From the NCBI GenBank assembly GCA_024626585.2, contig JANKJI020000002.1, positions 207,843,508 to 207,869,907 of the forward strand: 26,400 bases of DNA, in the 5' to 3' direction. Source of the stretch: Ginkgo biloba. Lineage: Eukaryota; Plantae; Ginkgophyta. Below, one piece after another: positions 1 through 10,976 of the stretch. The notes below the pieces were generated by a model. It was not told the DNA's origin, searched no databases, and saw only the letters and a list, made by a program, of their open reading frames with translations. Made by a program: the position numbers and the translations under genes. Numbering within the stretch: position 1 is the stretch's first letter; each line of letters starts with the position of its first letter.

Positions 1-510
1 CGCTGCCACAAAGACTATTATACCTATTAAGAAACCTAACCCTACGTAGACATACTCAACACAAATCCCCTCGCCTTTCTGATACGTTGTGACCCCAATC
101 AAGGCATGACGATTACATATTCCACTTGAACTCCTAATATACTTAATACACACAATCTATATATCTGCTAAACTAATTTATCTACCTGATTCATACATGA
201 TCACAGACGTATATATTACAATCTGCAACACCCCAACTCCCTCACTACCCCTAACAGAAGAACGCTCTCCATGGAATGGATGGAAAACCTTCTTTTTGGA
301 TACATGGGCTTATGGAATTATACACAGGTTGAATATATAATCCAACTGTATATATATATATTTATCCAGTGCAACTGCGAATCGAAGCTTGACATACATT
401 AAGTAAATATTGCAGAGCTAGGACTATTCCAAGTCCAGTAACATACACAACACGTATACCCTATTCATACTAGAATCTCACATGAGGGTATGACGAACAC
501 AGCAGACTGA

Positions 511-1176
511 TCAGTTCTGCACGGACAAAGGTATCATAGAATTGCTAGGGCCAGGGTCACCTGGGATACCATTGGGAGCTGTGGGCTGTTGGGCAATTTG
601 CTGTTGTTGCTGTTGCTGCTGCTGCTGCTGCTGTTCCTGCAGGGTAATCTGCTGTTGAGGGGGCGGAGGGCGCTTACGTTTCTTCTTCTCATACGCAATC
701 CCTCTGGCCTTAGCCTGCATTTCCCTAACCTCCCTCAGATACAGTCTCACTGCCCGGGCTCCAAAGGGGTTAGACTCGGGTTTCCCGCCGTTTTCCTCAA
801 AAGCAGCTCTGAGACGACCGATGAGAGCATCCAGGCTTCCCCACGCCTGCCTAAGCGGGCAAGCGCAGGGTGCAGGCGGGTGCGGGTGCCCGAAAAACGG
901 ACACGCAGGAACGTGCACCTTGGTCTTCCCGAACTGGTCTAAATATCTCAGAAACTCCAACACATGCGCACCGCTGCACTTGGGCAAGGCAAGAGGCGGT
1001 CTGTGGTTCTTCAGATACTGCCCGAATGTGTTCCAATCCCTTCGCTTCTGCGACTCGTAACGGCTAGGCGGCGTCGAATTAGGCTCGACCCGGCCTGCGC
1101 CCTCCCGTTCTCTGCCATTGGGATGGGACGACGACGCTCCTTGGCCATCTCCCACGACCTCGGCTGCTGCATTCAT
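511..1176 (-). CDS. ALOG-family (DUF640; LSH/G1/TAWAWA1-like) plant transcription factor, 221 aa, uninterrupted CDS
   Basis: Translation contains the full ALOG signature [24 protein letters not shown]...[22 protein letters not shown]...[72 protein letters not shown]. This includes the H/C zinc-ribbon insert and the KKKRKR NLS. The specific paralog cannot be assigned without a phylogeny. Confidence 0.97.
   Translation of the reverse strand: MNAAAEVVGDGQGASSSHPNGREREGAGRVEPNSTPPSRYESQKRRDWNTFGQYLKNHRPPLALPKCSGAHVLEFLRYLDQFGKTKVHVPACPFFGHPHPPAPCACPLRQAWGSLDALIGRLRAAFEENGGKPESNPFGARAVRLYLREVREMQAKARGIAYEKKKRKRPPPPQQQITLQEQQQQQQQQQQQQIAQQPTAPNGIPGDPGPSNSMIPLSVQN
599..634 (-). repeat. Coding CAG/CAA trinucleotide repeat encoding Q12 in the ALOG C-terminal tail
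   Basis: Plus strand reads tgctgttgttgctgttgctgctgctgctgctgctg; protein reads [29 protein letters not shown] after the NLS. Confidence 0.93.
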
Positions 1177-1237
1177 GGGATGCCGGTTTTCGTTTCCACT
1201 TTAATTATTTTTTAATCGCCCTCTACTGATCCTCCTT

Positions 1238-1900
1238 GGAACCGGTTCCTGATCTGATCTGCGCACACAAACCCTATCCGTCCACGTCTGTCCAATTCTT
1301 CCTACATGAAATCCATAACCCGGACCTCTGCACGTGTCTTCATGGTTTACACTCTCAAAAGGGAATGAAATCCAGATCGCCGAAACCGATGGTTAGTCTA
1401 CCAAAAGCGTCAAGACGGTATAATGCCCAACGAAGGCAATTAGTGCCAGAGCCGAGGCGAATGCAATATTATGCAACAATATACATATACATGTATTGCG
1501 TGGATTAGGCAATGATGATAACAACAATTTTTCCACCATAACAGAGGCTTGGGCGGATAACTAGTAATTCGCAGAGGAAAAACAATGGCATTTGGATGGG
1601 TAGAGAACGGGTGGGCGTGAGGGGCATAAGAATGAGAGAGCAGGGGGAGGCACTGCACGTGGTGGCCCTACTGGGAGGCAGCCATGGCCCAGACTCAGAC
1701 ACCGCCCGGGTGGACGTGACGCTATTCTGACGACCCCTCAACACCCATTCATCTCTTAATTCCCTGCTAAACTTGGAGCCTTTCTTCTTCCACTGCATTC
1801 ATTTTCTTCTGCGAACCCATTTTCTAAGGACGGTTTATTAGTGCATATAATTTTTGAATTCGAGATTAAGCTATGAATCAACGTACAGGACGGCCCATGT
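1238..1900 (-). promoter_or_regulatory. Putative 5' leader and proximal promoter of the ALOG gene
   Basis: CG-rich. Telo-box AAACCCTA at 1269-1276; G-boxes CACGTG at 1331-1336 and 1656-1661; site II (GGCCCA/TGGGCC) at 1686-1691 and 1892-1897; paired TGACG at 1717 and 1728; minus-strand pyrimidine-rich patch at about 1590-1650; palindrome GGAACCGGTTCC at 1238-1249. Confidence 0.55.
1302..1343 (-). promoter_or_regulatory. Candidate upstream ORF (MKTRAEVRVMDFM*) in the ALOG 5' leader
   Basis: Minus-strand ATGs at 1343, 1316 and 1307 are all in one frame and end at TAG 1304-1302. The first ATG has context AAACC-ATG. The uORF is out of frame with the main ATG at 1176. The TSS is not known. Confidence 0.5.
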
Positions 1901-4470
1901 CCCCATGCCCGCACGCACTCACACGGACCAACATAAGCCCGCCTTTTGCACCGCGGCTTCACTTTGCTTATTGGTTTCTATGCCGTCCAATTTTTGCAAA
2001 AGCTCGTGTATGGTATGTAAAGGGCCGTATATTTTACTACTTCATAATGGTTTTTTTCTTTTAGTTGCCAAAGTTTTGGCTTAGGGATGCTTTCACCCCC
2101 TCACCCCCAAACTCTTTTTTCTTGTAATTGGGATTAGGGAAACTCAATTTAAACCATGTTTTTTTGGGCTTAATATGGAAGGTTCGTTGTAACTTACATG
2201 TTTTGTGATTGATAACCCTCAAAATTTATGTAGTTGTATAATAGTGATACTTTATCTGGCTTTGTCGACTATTATCTAAAGTGTCACTATGTTGGAACTC
2301 TTGTAATTGGTTGCATTTTAGGCCAGGGCACTTTTGTTCATCAAGCGCGCGTGCGTGTGTGTTACTATGTTGAAACTATCTTAGCAGAAGCCTCTGTATA
2401 TCTCTTTTAAGTAGTTTTGAACAGTCTTAAGCTCGTGATATTCCCTATGTGTTATCACTTGAAATAACCATATGGTCTTGGATTTAATAGGTCATGGCAC
2501 TTTCGTATGGTTAAAATATTGAAACCTTTACTTTCTAATATTTTCAGTTATCTAGGTTGATTCATTTAATTACATTTAATAAGATACATATTTTATTATT
2601 ATGTGCTCTTCTTTAATTTCAAATCATTTACATCTTACAACAGTAGGCAGAGCTATTGATGTGACAAATTTTCTATTTTTCTTATTTCTTATGGTGGTTT
2701 TTCGTTTTCAAGATGAGAGTTATCTTCTACTTTTTATTACCACACAAAACACNNNNNNNNNNNNNNNNNNNNNNNNNNNNNNNNNNNNNNNNNNNNNNNN
2801 NNNNNNNNNNNNNNNNACTCACTTATTATTAAGTGTCTTGGGCATACAACAACACACTAGTCCTTGGCTATTGAATACTCACTTAGCATTAAATAGCTTA
2901 GATATTTAACAACATAACAGTTATTGGATATTCAAATTTTTAGTTGAATATATTCTATCGAATGTTTAAGCAGCTTGATGTTTATCTTGGGGAGAAAAAA
3001 TATAATAAGCAAATTATTAATTAAAAGGAAGCTTAATAACTATATTTTTTGTATATATAAGTAATTTTAGCTTTGCTTGTTGAATGTGTAGGCATCCCAC
3101 ATTCTTGTCTTTTCCTACATAAGCAAATAAGTGTAAGTCATGTACATATGATAATGGAGTTGGAAGTTTGGTTGAAAAAGTGATTGTTCAATTACTAGAG
3201 CATCAAACCTACATGCACTCTCAAACTCTGAATAGTACATTGAACAATAGGTAACGGTGATAATTGGATTCCTTATTTAATAGGAAGTGCCTCACTCAAA
3301 GGTAAATATAGATCCCTCTAGCTATATATTGATATATAACTTTTGTATAAATGGAACAAAGTATTTATGTACTTCTAACATTAGAAAGTTATTACATGAA
3401 TAATTTAAGAAAAATAAATTATAAGTATACCTAAATAGAAAGTATTATTTCATGCATAATCATATAATATTTAAGACCTTGCACTTATGTTTTGATATTT
3501 CCCTCTCACCTCTATACATGACACTTTTTCAATTTTTTATTTATATTAGATTATTAATGAATTAGCATAAAAGATGGCTATGTATATAAAGGCTTTTAAA
3601 ACCCTATTCAAGAAAGAAATATATAAGACAAGTGGAATGCATTAAGTACCAGATGCCATCCATAGGAATCTACAATATTTGTATGTGTTTATATATGACA
3701 CATGTGTCCATGTAAGATATGATTAGTTAAATATAACCCATATGTAAGTAAACATATGGGTGGTATATAATTAAGCGTATAGGAAGAATTTGTTAAAGGT
3801 GGGATATTCGAGAATTATTAAAAGTCACATAAGTTGAAGGTGAGAGCATAGATGATAAAGATGGGAGAAAAAGACTATATGTGCTCATAGTTTAAAATAA
3901 TTATTATGAATAAGACAAAATAGAGAAAATGGAATGATTGATACAAATAGGAATAAAATTATTACATAAAGAAATAGAAAAAAAATTTAAGGAAAGTGTG
4001 GGAAGCAATAACATATGCCATTCTCATCTAACTATAGAAATGGAGAATCATTTATAGGAAAAGATGTTTGTGTGCATAAAATATAATATTAGTGGAAGCT
4101 TAAAGTGTATCTTATATTGTTTATGGAATATGAGATGGTAATACCTTACCACTTGGCACATTATCATGGTCACTACATTCATGTCATTACATGACACTAA
4201 AATACATCCAACATGATAATTTTCCTAATATAAACAATATATATTTTAAAAACCTTAAATTTAAATATAAATAAGCCAACAACTCTCATAAATGTTTGTA
4301 ATGACATAAAGTTATTTTGTACGAATTTAGAATCATGACAAACTACTTGAGAAACCTCTCCAATAACTTAAAACGAGTAAATTATAAGATAAAGTTAAAA
4401 AATGAACTAAATGCATATACTCCATTGAATAACTTATAAATAGAAGATTTAGAAAATACTTTCAACATCC

Positions 4471-4575
4471 CCCTCCCTCCTTTTTTTTTTTTTGTGTGTG
4501 TGTATGTGTGCGTAGATAGATAGAAAATTAAAGTTGTCCTCTACCTATATATGTCTATCTATATATCTATTTATA
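4471..4575. repeat. Low-complexity / microsatellite cluster (poly-T, (TG)n, (TAGA)n, TA-rich)
   Basis: T-run followed by gtgtgtgtgtatgtgtg, tagatagatag and tctatctatatatctat. Confidence 0.7.
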
Positions 4576-4664
4576 TAAAGACACACTAATACAAAGCCAT
4601 TGATTATTTTAATATTAGTTTTTTGGTATTTTAGTAACATCTCTATTGTTAATGATCTTACTTC

Positions 4665-5190
4665 ATGATGTGTTGATCTAACCTAGTATTAATATGACCA
4701 TATTTATCATTAATTCTACCATAGTTAAGTAATAAGCTAACTATAGTTAAAATTTAAATTACCCATACTTTAGTATTCAATTAATTGGTTTTAAGCATGG
4801 ATTGGTTATATGGATGAATATTATTATATATGTCATATGATGTTTTTAATTTATCTTTTCTTATTTAATTATTAAGCTAGGTACCACATTTTAATATTGA
4901 ACTAATTATACTTAAGTATTGAGTTAATTGTTGTTATGTATAGGTTTATTGATAATAATTATGTACTAATCCAACCATGTTTAAGTGTTGACCTAATCAT
5001 GGTTAAGTACTAAGATGATCATAGTTACCTATATCTTAAATGGATACATATTTTTTTAAGTATATAGAGTATAGATATTTCCATATTACTTTATTAATAG
5101 TATTTCTATTTTTTTTTAAATTCAACCTTAGTTTATTATTGATTTATATATGGTTAATTATAAATCTATAGTTAAGGACAGAGTTTATAC
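4665..5190 (+). repeat. Degenerate ~22-bp tandem array 1 (consensus approx. AACCATRGTTAAGTATTGACYT)
   Basis: Units at 22-bp spacing, e.g. aaccatgtttaagtgttgacct / aatcatggttaagtactaagat / gatcatagtt (4973-5026) and taccacattttaatattgaact / aattatacttaagtattgagtt (4882-4925). Confidence 0.75.
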
Positions 5191-6009
5191 TAAGTAATTT
5201 TTAAATGTATTATATATATAGATGGTGGACCCATGNNNNNNNNNNNNNNNNNNNNNNNNNNNNNNNNNNNNNNNNNNNNNNNNNNNNNNNNNNNNNNNNN
5301 NNNNNNNNNNNNNNNNNNNNNNNNNNNNNNNNNNNNNNNNNNNNNNNNNNNNNNNNNNNNNNNNNNNNNNNNNNNNNNNNNNNNNNNNNNNNNNNNNNNN
5401 NNNNNNNNNNNNNNNNNNNNNNNNNNNNNNNNNNNNNNNNNNNNNNNNNNNNNNNNNNNNNNNNNNNNNNNNNNNNNNNNNNNNNNNNNNNNNNNNNNNN
5501 NNNNNNNNNNNNNNNNNNNNNNNNNNNNNNNNNNNNNNNNNNNNNNNNNNNNNNNNNNNNNNNNNNNNNNNNNNNNNNNNNNNNNNNNNNNNNNNNNNNN
5601 NNNNNNNNNNNNNNNNNNNNNNNNNNNNNNNNNNNNNNNNNNNNNNNNNNNNNNNNNNNNNNNNNNNNNNNNNNNNNNNNNNNNNNNNNNNNNNNNNNNN
5701 NNNNNNNNNNNNNNNNNNNNNNNNNNNNNNNNNNNNNNNNNNNNNNNNNNNNNNNNNNNNNNNNNNNNNNNNNNNNNNNNNNNNNNNNNNNNNNNNNNNN
5801 NNNNNNNNNNNNNNNNNNNNNNNNNNNNNNNNNNNNNNNNNNNAGGTTTTTCACATGTCCTGTGAAGATGACATGTACAAAATTTCATCTTGACTTAGTT
5901 TGTATATTTTTCGTAAATGCAAAAACCGTCACTGTGCATTTTTACTAAAAAAGGGCAAACCGCAGGCAAAAAAAACCAAAAATCCATGAATAATGTTTTT
6001 TAAAGTGGG

Positions 6010-7186
6010 GCAATAAATACCCTTGGAAGTATATTGTGCAAGAGCTATACAACTATTTTGTTCATGATCCCCCTAACTATCTTCTTGTAAGATCCATCCT
6101 GCCTATATGGGATGGATAAATTGAGAGAGGGGTTATTTTCCCACCCATATGACTTTCCATTAAAATGTTAATATGGGGGGTATGTTGGATGTGACCCACT
6201 TCCTTCATTGGGTCATCTACTCTTTCTTTTATAATATATCCTCTTCTTTCTCTATAGTCCTCTTTATGAGTATCCTAATTACAATGCTTGATATAACACC
6301 CCAATAATCAATGAGTTCCATAATCAAATTTAATCGAAGAAGTTTCTTAGATTAGACCTCAATTTTCATAGAGTAATTGGCTAACATATAGGAGATAATA
6401 TTTTTAGAAATATTATTAGAATAAATAATGAATAAGAATTTTTGAAAATCACATAATTTCTTTCCTTCTAAATTTAGGCCAAAACCTCCATTCTATAATG
6501 TGCCATCCATGGCAAAAGGCTATAGACTAAGTATCTAAATCCCTTAATAATACTAATGAACATTTAAATTAATAGAATAACATAGGCTAAGAAAACTTTT
6601 AGACTCCTTGTCACAATAGTTTTACTCAAGAGCGATACCATTAAAATAAGTGATGATTGACTTAGGTTGGCCTCCCACATATAATGGGGTTATTTAAATT
6701 CTATTTTTATTAACATATATCTAGTGGTTAATCCATGATAGAGGATTCATTATGCTATAAAATCCTTTTTAGATTCTAAAGGAGTATGATAAGTCTTAGA
6801 GGTTAGACCTTGAGGGTTTAACAAACTATAGGAATGGGAGGTAGAAACTTTATGAAGTTATTTTAATACATTTCAAACCTAATCTTTCTACAACTACTTT
6901 GGTGGGAAAGAGAAAATGCATAAATTATTCAAGGATCAAATTCAAAATTATATCCATTATAACTTTATCGTAGGATTTCATCCTTAAGGATTTGTCATTT
7001 ATTCCACTTAGTTATGCATATGCCATATAAATTAATGACTTTTAATTCCTTTCCCAAACTATTTAAGGATAATATACCATTTAATTAATGTACTTTATAT
7101 TAAACTTAAAGAAACCACCATAAAGATTAATTGGTGGTAGATAAAAAATCTTCTCAAATCACTCTCTTCTAATGTTAAAAGTTTTT
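6010..7186 (-). pseudogene. Probable decayed LINE (L1-like) ORF2 fragment: endonuclease and linker region
   Basis: Minus-strand fragments in the expected order: KELKVINLYG (cf. NVYGP), WINH*..KNRI (cf. TW.N....SRID), FKCSLVLLRD (cf. FKFN..LL.D), GYIIKRKSR*PNEG (cf. G..IRSR..W..EG). Many stops and frameshifts. Confidence 0.42.
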
Positions 7187-7974
7187 NNNNNNNNNNNNNN
7201 NNNNNNNNNNNNNNNNNNNNNNNNNNNNNNNNNNNNNNNNNNNNNNNNNNNNNNNNNNNNNNNNNNNNNNNNNNNNNNNNNNNNNNCTATGCTCAAAGAT
7301 ACACCATATTCTATAAGGTGTTAGGAGTCATATAGGCCAATGTACATATTAGGTCCCTAACATAACAAATTTAATCTTTATTCTTTTGGTTATTTTAATC
7401 ATTATTGTAAGATTAGTTAGATGCCACCTATCATTCCAAGATTCACCCATTGGACAATAAGGCTAGTGTTTTATAATATATCCTTCTCAAATAGCATAAG
7501 ATAACCTTACTTACCAAATCTTGGTGTCTTTCTACCTTATTCTACCCATCCACATAGCATGTCAATCCACCTCTATTCAATTTCACCCTAGCCAACACCT
7601 ACTTGATCACTAGAGTATTAATTCAATGGGTAATTGGTTTTTGATAAGTTATTATCCAATAGTTATTGATCATAAAAATGTGGACCAAATTAATAATATA
7701 ACAATATCATATAACTAATAATATCTATTAGGGTATATGGATGCACAATTAAAATTAATTTAGTATATTTATATGATACAAAGGCACACACATATATGCA
7801 TGCTTATGTATATAAATCAATTCTAATAATTATAATAAAATATCATCTTATATTGTTAATATTGTAGTAATATAATAATCTTAGTAATATATATTAATAT
7901 TTTATTATTATCAATTGTAATTTTTAATATGATGGTATAACTATAGTTATATTGGAATTTGATTATAGTTAACA

Positions 7975-8500
7975 AATATCCAACTATTGTTAAGTACTAA
8001 GCCAATCATGGTCAAATATAAACTTACACATAATTAGTTATGAAGATAACTAATATAGAGTAAGTAATAGGTCAAATGGATGGATACTTAAATATATGTA
8101 TAGTTTATATGTTTATTATTAACCTTCTCATATATAGTTATGGATTCAACCATAATTGAGTATTAGCCTTCTTATGGTTAAGCATTGACTTAACCATAGT
8201 AAAATACAAGTTTAGTTTAATTAATTTTATCTTTTTATATAGACTCTACATATATCATTAATTTTAACAATAGTTAAGTATTGAACAAACCACATTTAAG
8301 TATTAATATAGCCATGGTTTTAAGCATTTATCTAACTATTATTAATGACAAGTTTAGTATGCCACATGCTTATTATATTATATAAATAGTATATTAAATT
8401 AAGTGATTATAGTTTAAGTATTGATCTAAGCCATATTTAAATATGTACTTATGCATAATCAAGTATCAAACTAATCATATTTAAATGTAAATCTAGTTAG
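7975..8500 (+). repeat. Degenerate ~22-bp tandem array 2 (same unit and orientation as array 1), with ~140-bp higher-order period
   Basis: aaccataattgagtattagcct / tcttatggttaagcattgactt / aaccatagtaaaatacaagttt (8148-8213) and aacaatagttaagtattgaaca / aaccacatttaagtattaatat (8267-8310). The block-end motif acaagtttagt recurs at 8206 and 8348, with a variant at 8487. Confidence 0.78.
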
Positions 8501-9199
8501 CTAGATGGTTATTTTAATTATATTTGGAATATATTTATTCTAATTTATTTCNNNNNNNNNNNNNNNNNNNNNNNNNNNNNNNNNNNNNNNNNNNNNNNNN
8601 NNNNNNNNNNNNNNNNNNNNNNNNNNNNNNNNNNNNNNNNNNNNNNNNNNNNNNNNNNNNNNNNNNNNNNNNNNNNNNNNNNNNNNNNNNNNNNNNNNNN
8701 NNNNNNNNNNNNNNNNNNNNNNNNNNNNNNNNNNNNNNNNNNNNNNNNNNNNNNNNNNNNNNNNNNNNNNNNNNNNNNNNNNNNNNNNNNNNNNNNNNNN
8801 NNNNNNNNNNNNNNNNNNNNNNNNNNNNNNNNNNNNNNNNNNNNNNNNNNNNNNNNNNNNNNNNNNNNNNNNNNNNNNNNNNNNNNNNNNNNNNNNNNNN
8901 NNNNNNNNNNNNNNNNNNNNNNNNNNNNNNNNNNNNNNNNNNNNNNNNNNNNNNNNNNNNNNNNNNNNNNNNNNNNNNNNNNNNNNNNNNNNNNNNNNNN
9001 NNNNNNNNNNNNNNNNNNNNNNNNNNNNNNNNNNNNNNNNNNNNNNNNNNNNNNNNNNNNNNNNNNNNNNNNNNNNNNNNNNNNNNNNNNNNNNNNNNNN
9101 NNNNNNNNNNNNNNNNNNNNNNNNNNNNNNNNNNNNNNNNNNNNNNNNNNNNNNNNNNNNNNNNNNTAACATTATTCCGACTATTGGTCAAATTTAGGA

Positions 9200-10552
9200 T
9201 GTATTGATATTCACTTTAGTTAGTTGGCTCAAACCTGCATTATGCATTATCTAATTCTAATCCTAACGAACCCATTATATCTATTAAAATTTTTCAAAAC
9301 ATCAACATATCATATTGTCCCCAAATATATAATGAGCTCACCTAAGAGGTCATTGATTCATATTAGCTTATAAAATTTTAAGAAGGTGAATAAGAAGGAA
9401 ATACTACACTAGATATATAATATAAGAATATATGTTCAATACAAATCCTCCATCCAGAACTATTTTATTATCTATGCTATCTCAATATATAACTTTATAA
9501 AATATATAATGTTGGTCAATAATTTCTATAACTAATTGAAAAAATTTACATCATTGTCAATATTGTTAATAAGATCAACATATGTAAATACAATCCTATA
9601 TCCTATGGAAATATATCTCTTAAAGTTAAAAAATTAAGTTATTCTAAGTCAAGGTAGAAAATTATAATTGTTATAGAATCTTTATGTGTTTATAACAATA
9701 TGTTCAACCCTATTTTATAACATTTTAAATTTTATAAAGAAGAGAGAATGAGATAAAAAGATTTGGGATGCTAAATAAAGTGGCTATGTCAACTACTATT
9801 GGATAAGTTTTAAAGTGACTATAAAAATATAGAGTTCAATCTCCTCCTAATACACTAAGTAAATCCAAATATGATCCTAAATAATATCATTTTTTTAGTA
9901 GTATATGGATGATTTTTCCTTAGACAATGAGTCTTTGTCTAGAATGAGATATTATTATTCCATAATATCAACCTTAATCTAGTCCCTTTTAAATATCATT
10001 CTCCTTTTTAGATTATTTAAGGTTTCCTATAGTCCCCATAATGATGACCAATCAATTAGATCTAGTTTACTTATTTTGTATCACTTCCTATTTCTCCTTA
10101 TACCATTATTAAATAAATGTTCAATATTTTTGTATACTTACATCCTATAAAATCCACTAATGTTGGAGGTCGAGGGATTCCATCCTTATCTACAATTGAT
10201 CTCCATTTATAGTGATCTTATATAGCCAAGTAACCAANNNNNNNNNNNNNNNNNNNNNNNNNNNNNNNNNNNNNNNNNNNNNNNNNNNNNNNNNNNNTAA
10301 TTAATAAAATTAGAGGCTTATATAATGTATACATGATACTTAGCGAGAATGGTCTTTAATGATTTCAAGTGAAGGTTCATCTCTTGGATTTGTTCCCCCA
10401 TAACCTACATTAATATTTCCAACTCGTTAATATATTCTATTACTTTGGAACCTGGGATAGTTTATGGTAAGTATTAAATATTTCCCTTAATCAAAAACTC
10501 ATTTTCTTTATATTCCCTAGCTAGTAATTCTTCTACAATTATTTTTTCATGA
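9200..10552 (-). mobile_element. Decayed Ty3/gypsy gag-protease relic (non-chromoviral, Tat/Ogre/Athila-like)
   Basis: Minus strand shows gag-like PGSKVIEYINELEIL (about 10410-10455), a degenerate zinc-knuckle-like GHHYGDY (about 10030-10050), and the protease-like motif KIVLDGGFVLNIF (about 9428-9466). Confidence 0.55.
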
Positions 10553-10976
10553 NNNNNNNNNNNNNNNNNNNNNNNNNNNNNNNNNNNNNNNNNNNNNNNN
10601 NNNNNNNNNNNNNNNNNNNNGTTAACCACTATGATTGATAGGATGAACCTCTAAGGATGGTTTTGATGTGGATGATTATAGTTGACCATATAAAGGGGAA
10701 ATTTATCTATCTCTTCTTAGTTCTTTACTTTAGATACTTGATAAAATGTAGTTATTCTATGGTCCTATTTATCCTAAAATATGATAAGGAAAAAAATGAC
10801 AAATTGGTACCCCTATGATATAAAATAACTTCTACCCTTAGTGGATTACTTAATGGATGAGTTGATCATTGACATGATTATTGCATTGATGATAAAGTCT
10901 ATGGTTGGTGGTAATCTATTATTCCTCAATTATTACTTTCTTGATCTAATAACTTATGCTAAATCCATGATCCTTA

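Noticed and set aside
231-253. G-rich tract on the minus strand in the 3' UTR (possible G-quadruplex)
   Set aside because: Only three runs of three or more G.
589-942. Plus-strand 117-aa ORF starting [11 protein letters not shown], resembling a signal peptide
   Set aside because: It is the antisense shadow of the ALOG CDS; the poly-Leu is the complement of the polyQ codons and the start is TTG.
821-2084. Other short ORFs overlapping the ALOG gene, leader and promoter
   Set aside because: No recognisable domains; expected by chance in GC-richer DNA.
3580-4070. Possible LINE C-terminal (zf-RVT-like) relic, e.g. RKVWEAITYAILI*L*KWR
   Set aside because: Similarity is too weak to call by eye; it needs a frameshift-aware HMM search.
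4665-8500. CRISPR-like interpretation of the palindromic repeat arrays
   Set aside because: Units are adjacent and degenerate with no unique constant-length spacers; there are no cas genes and the context is eukaryotic.
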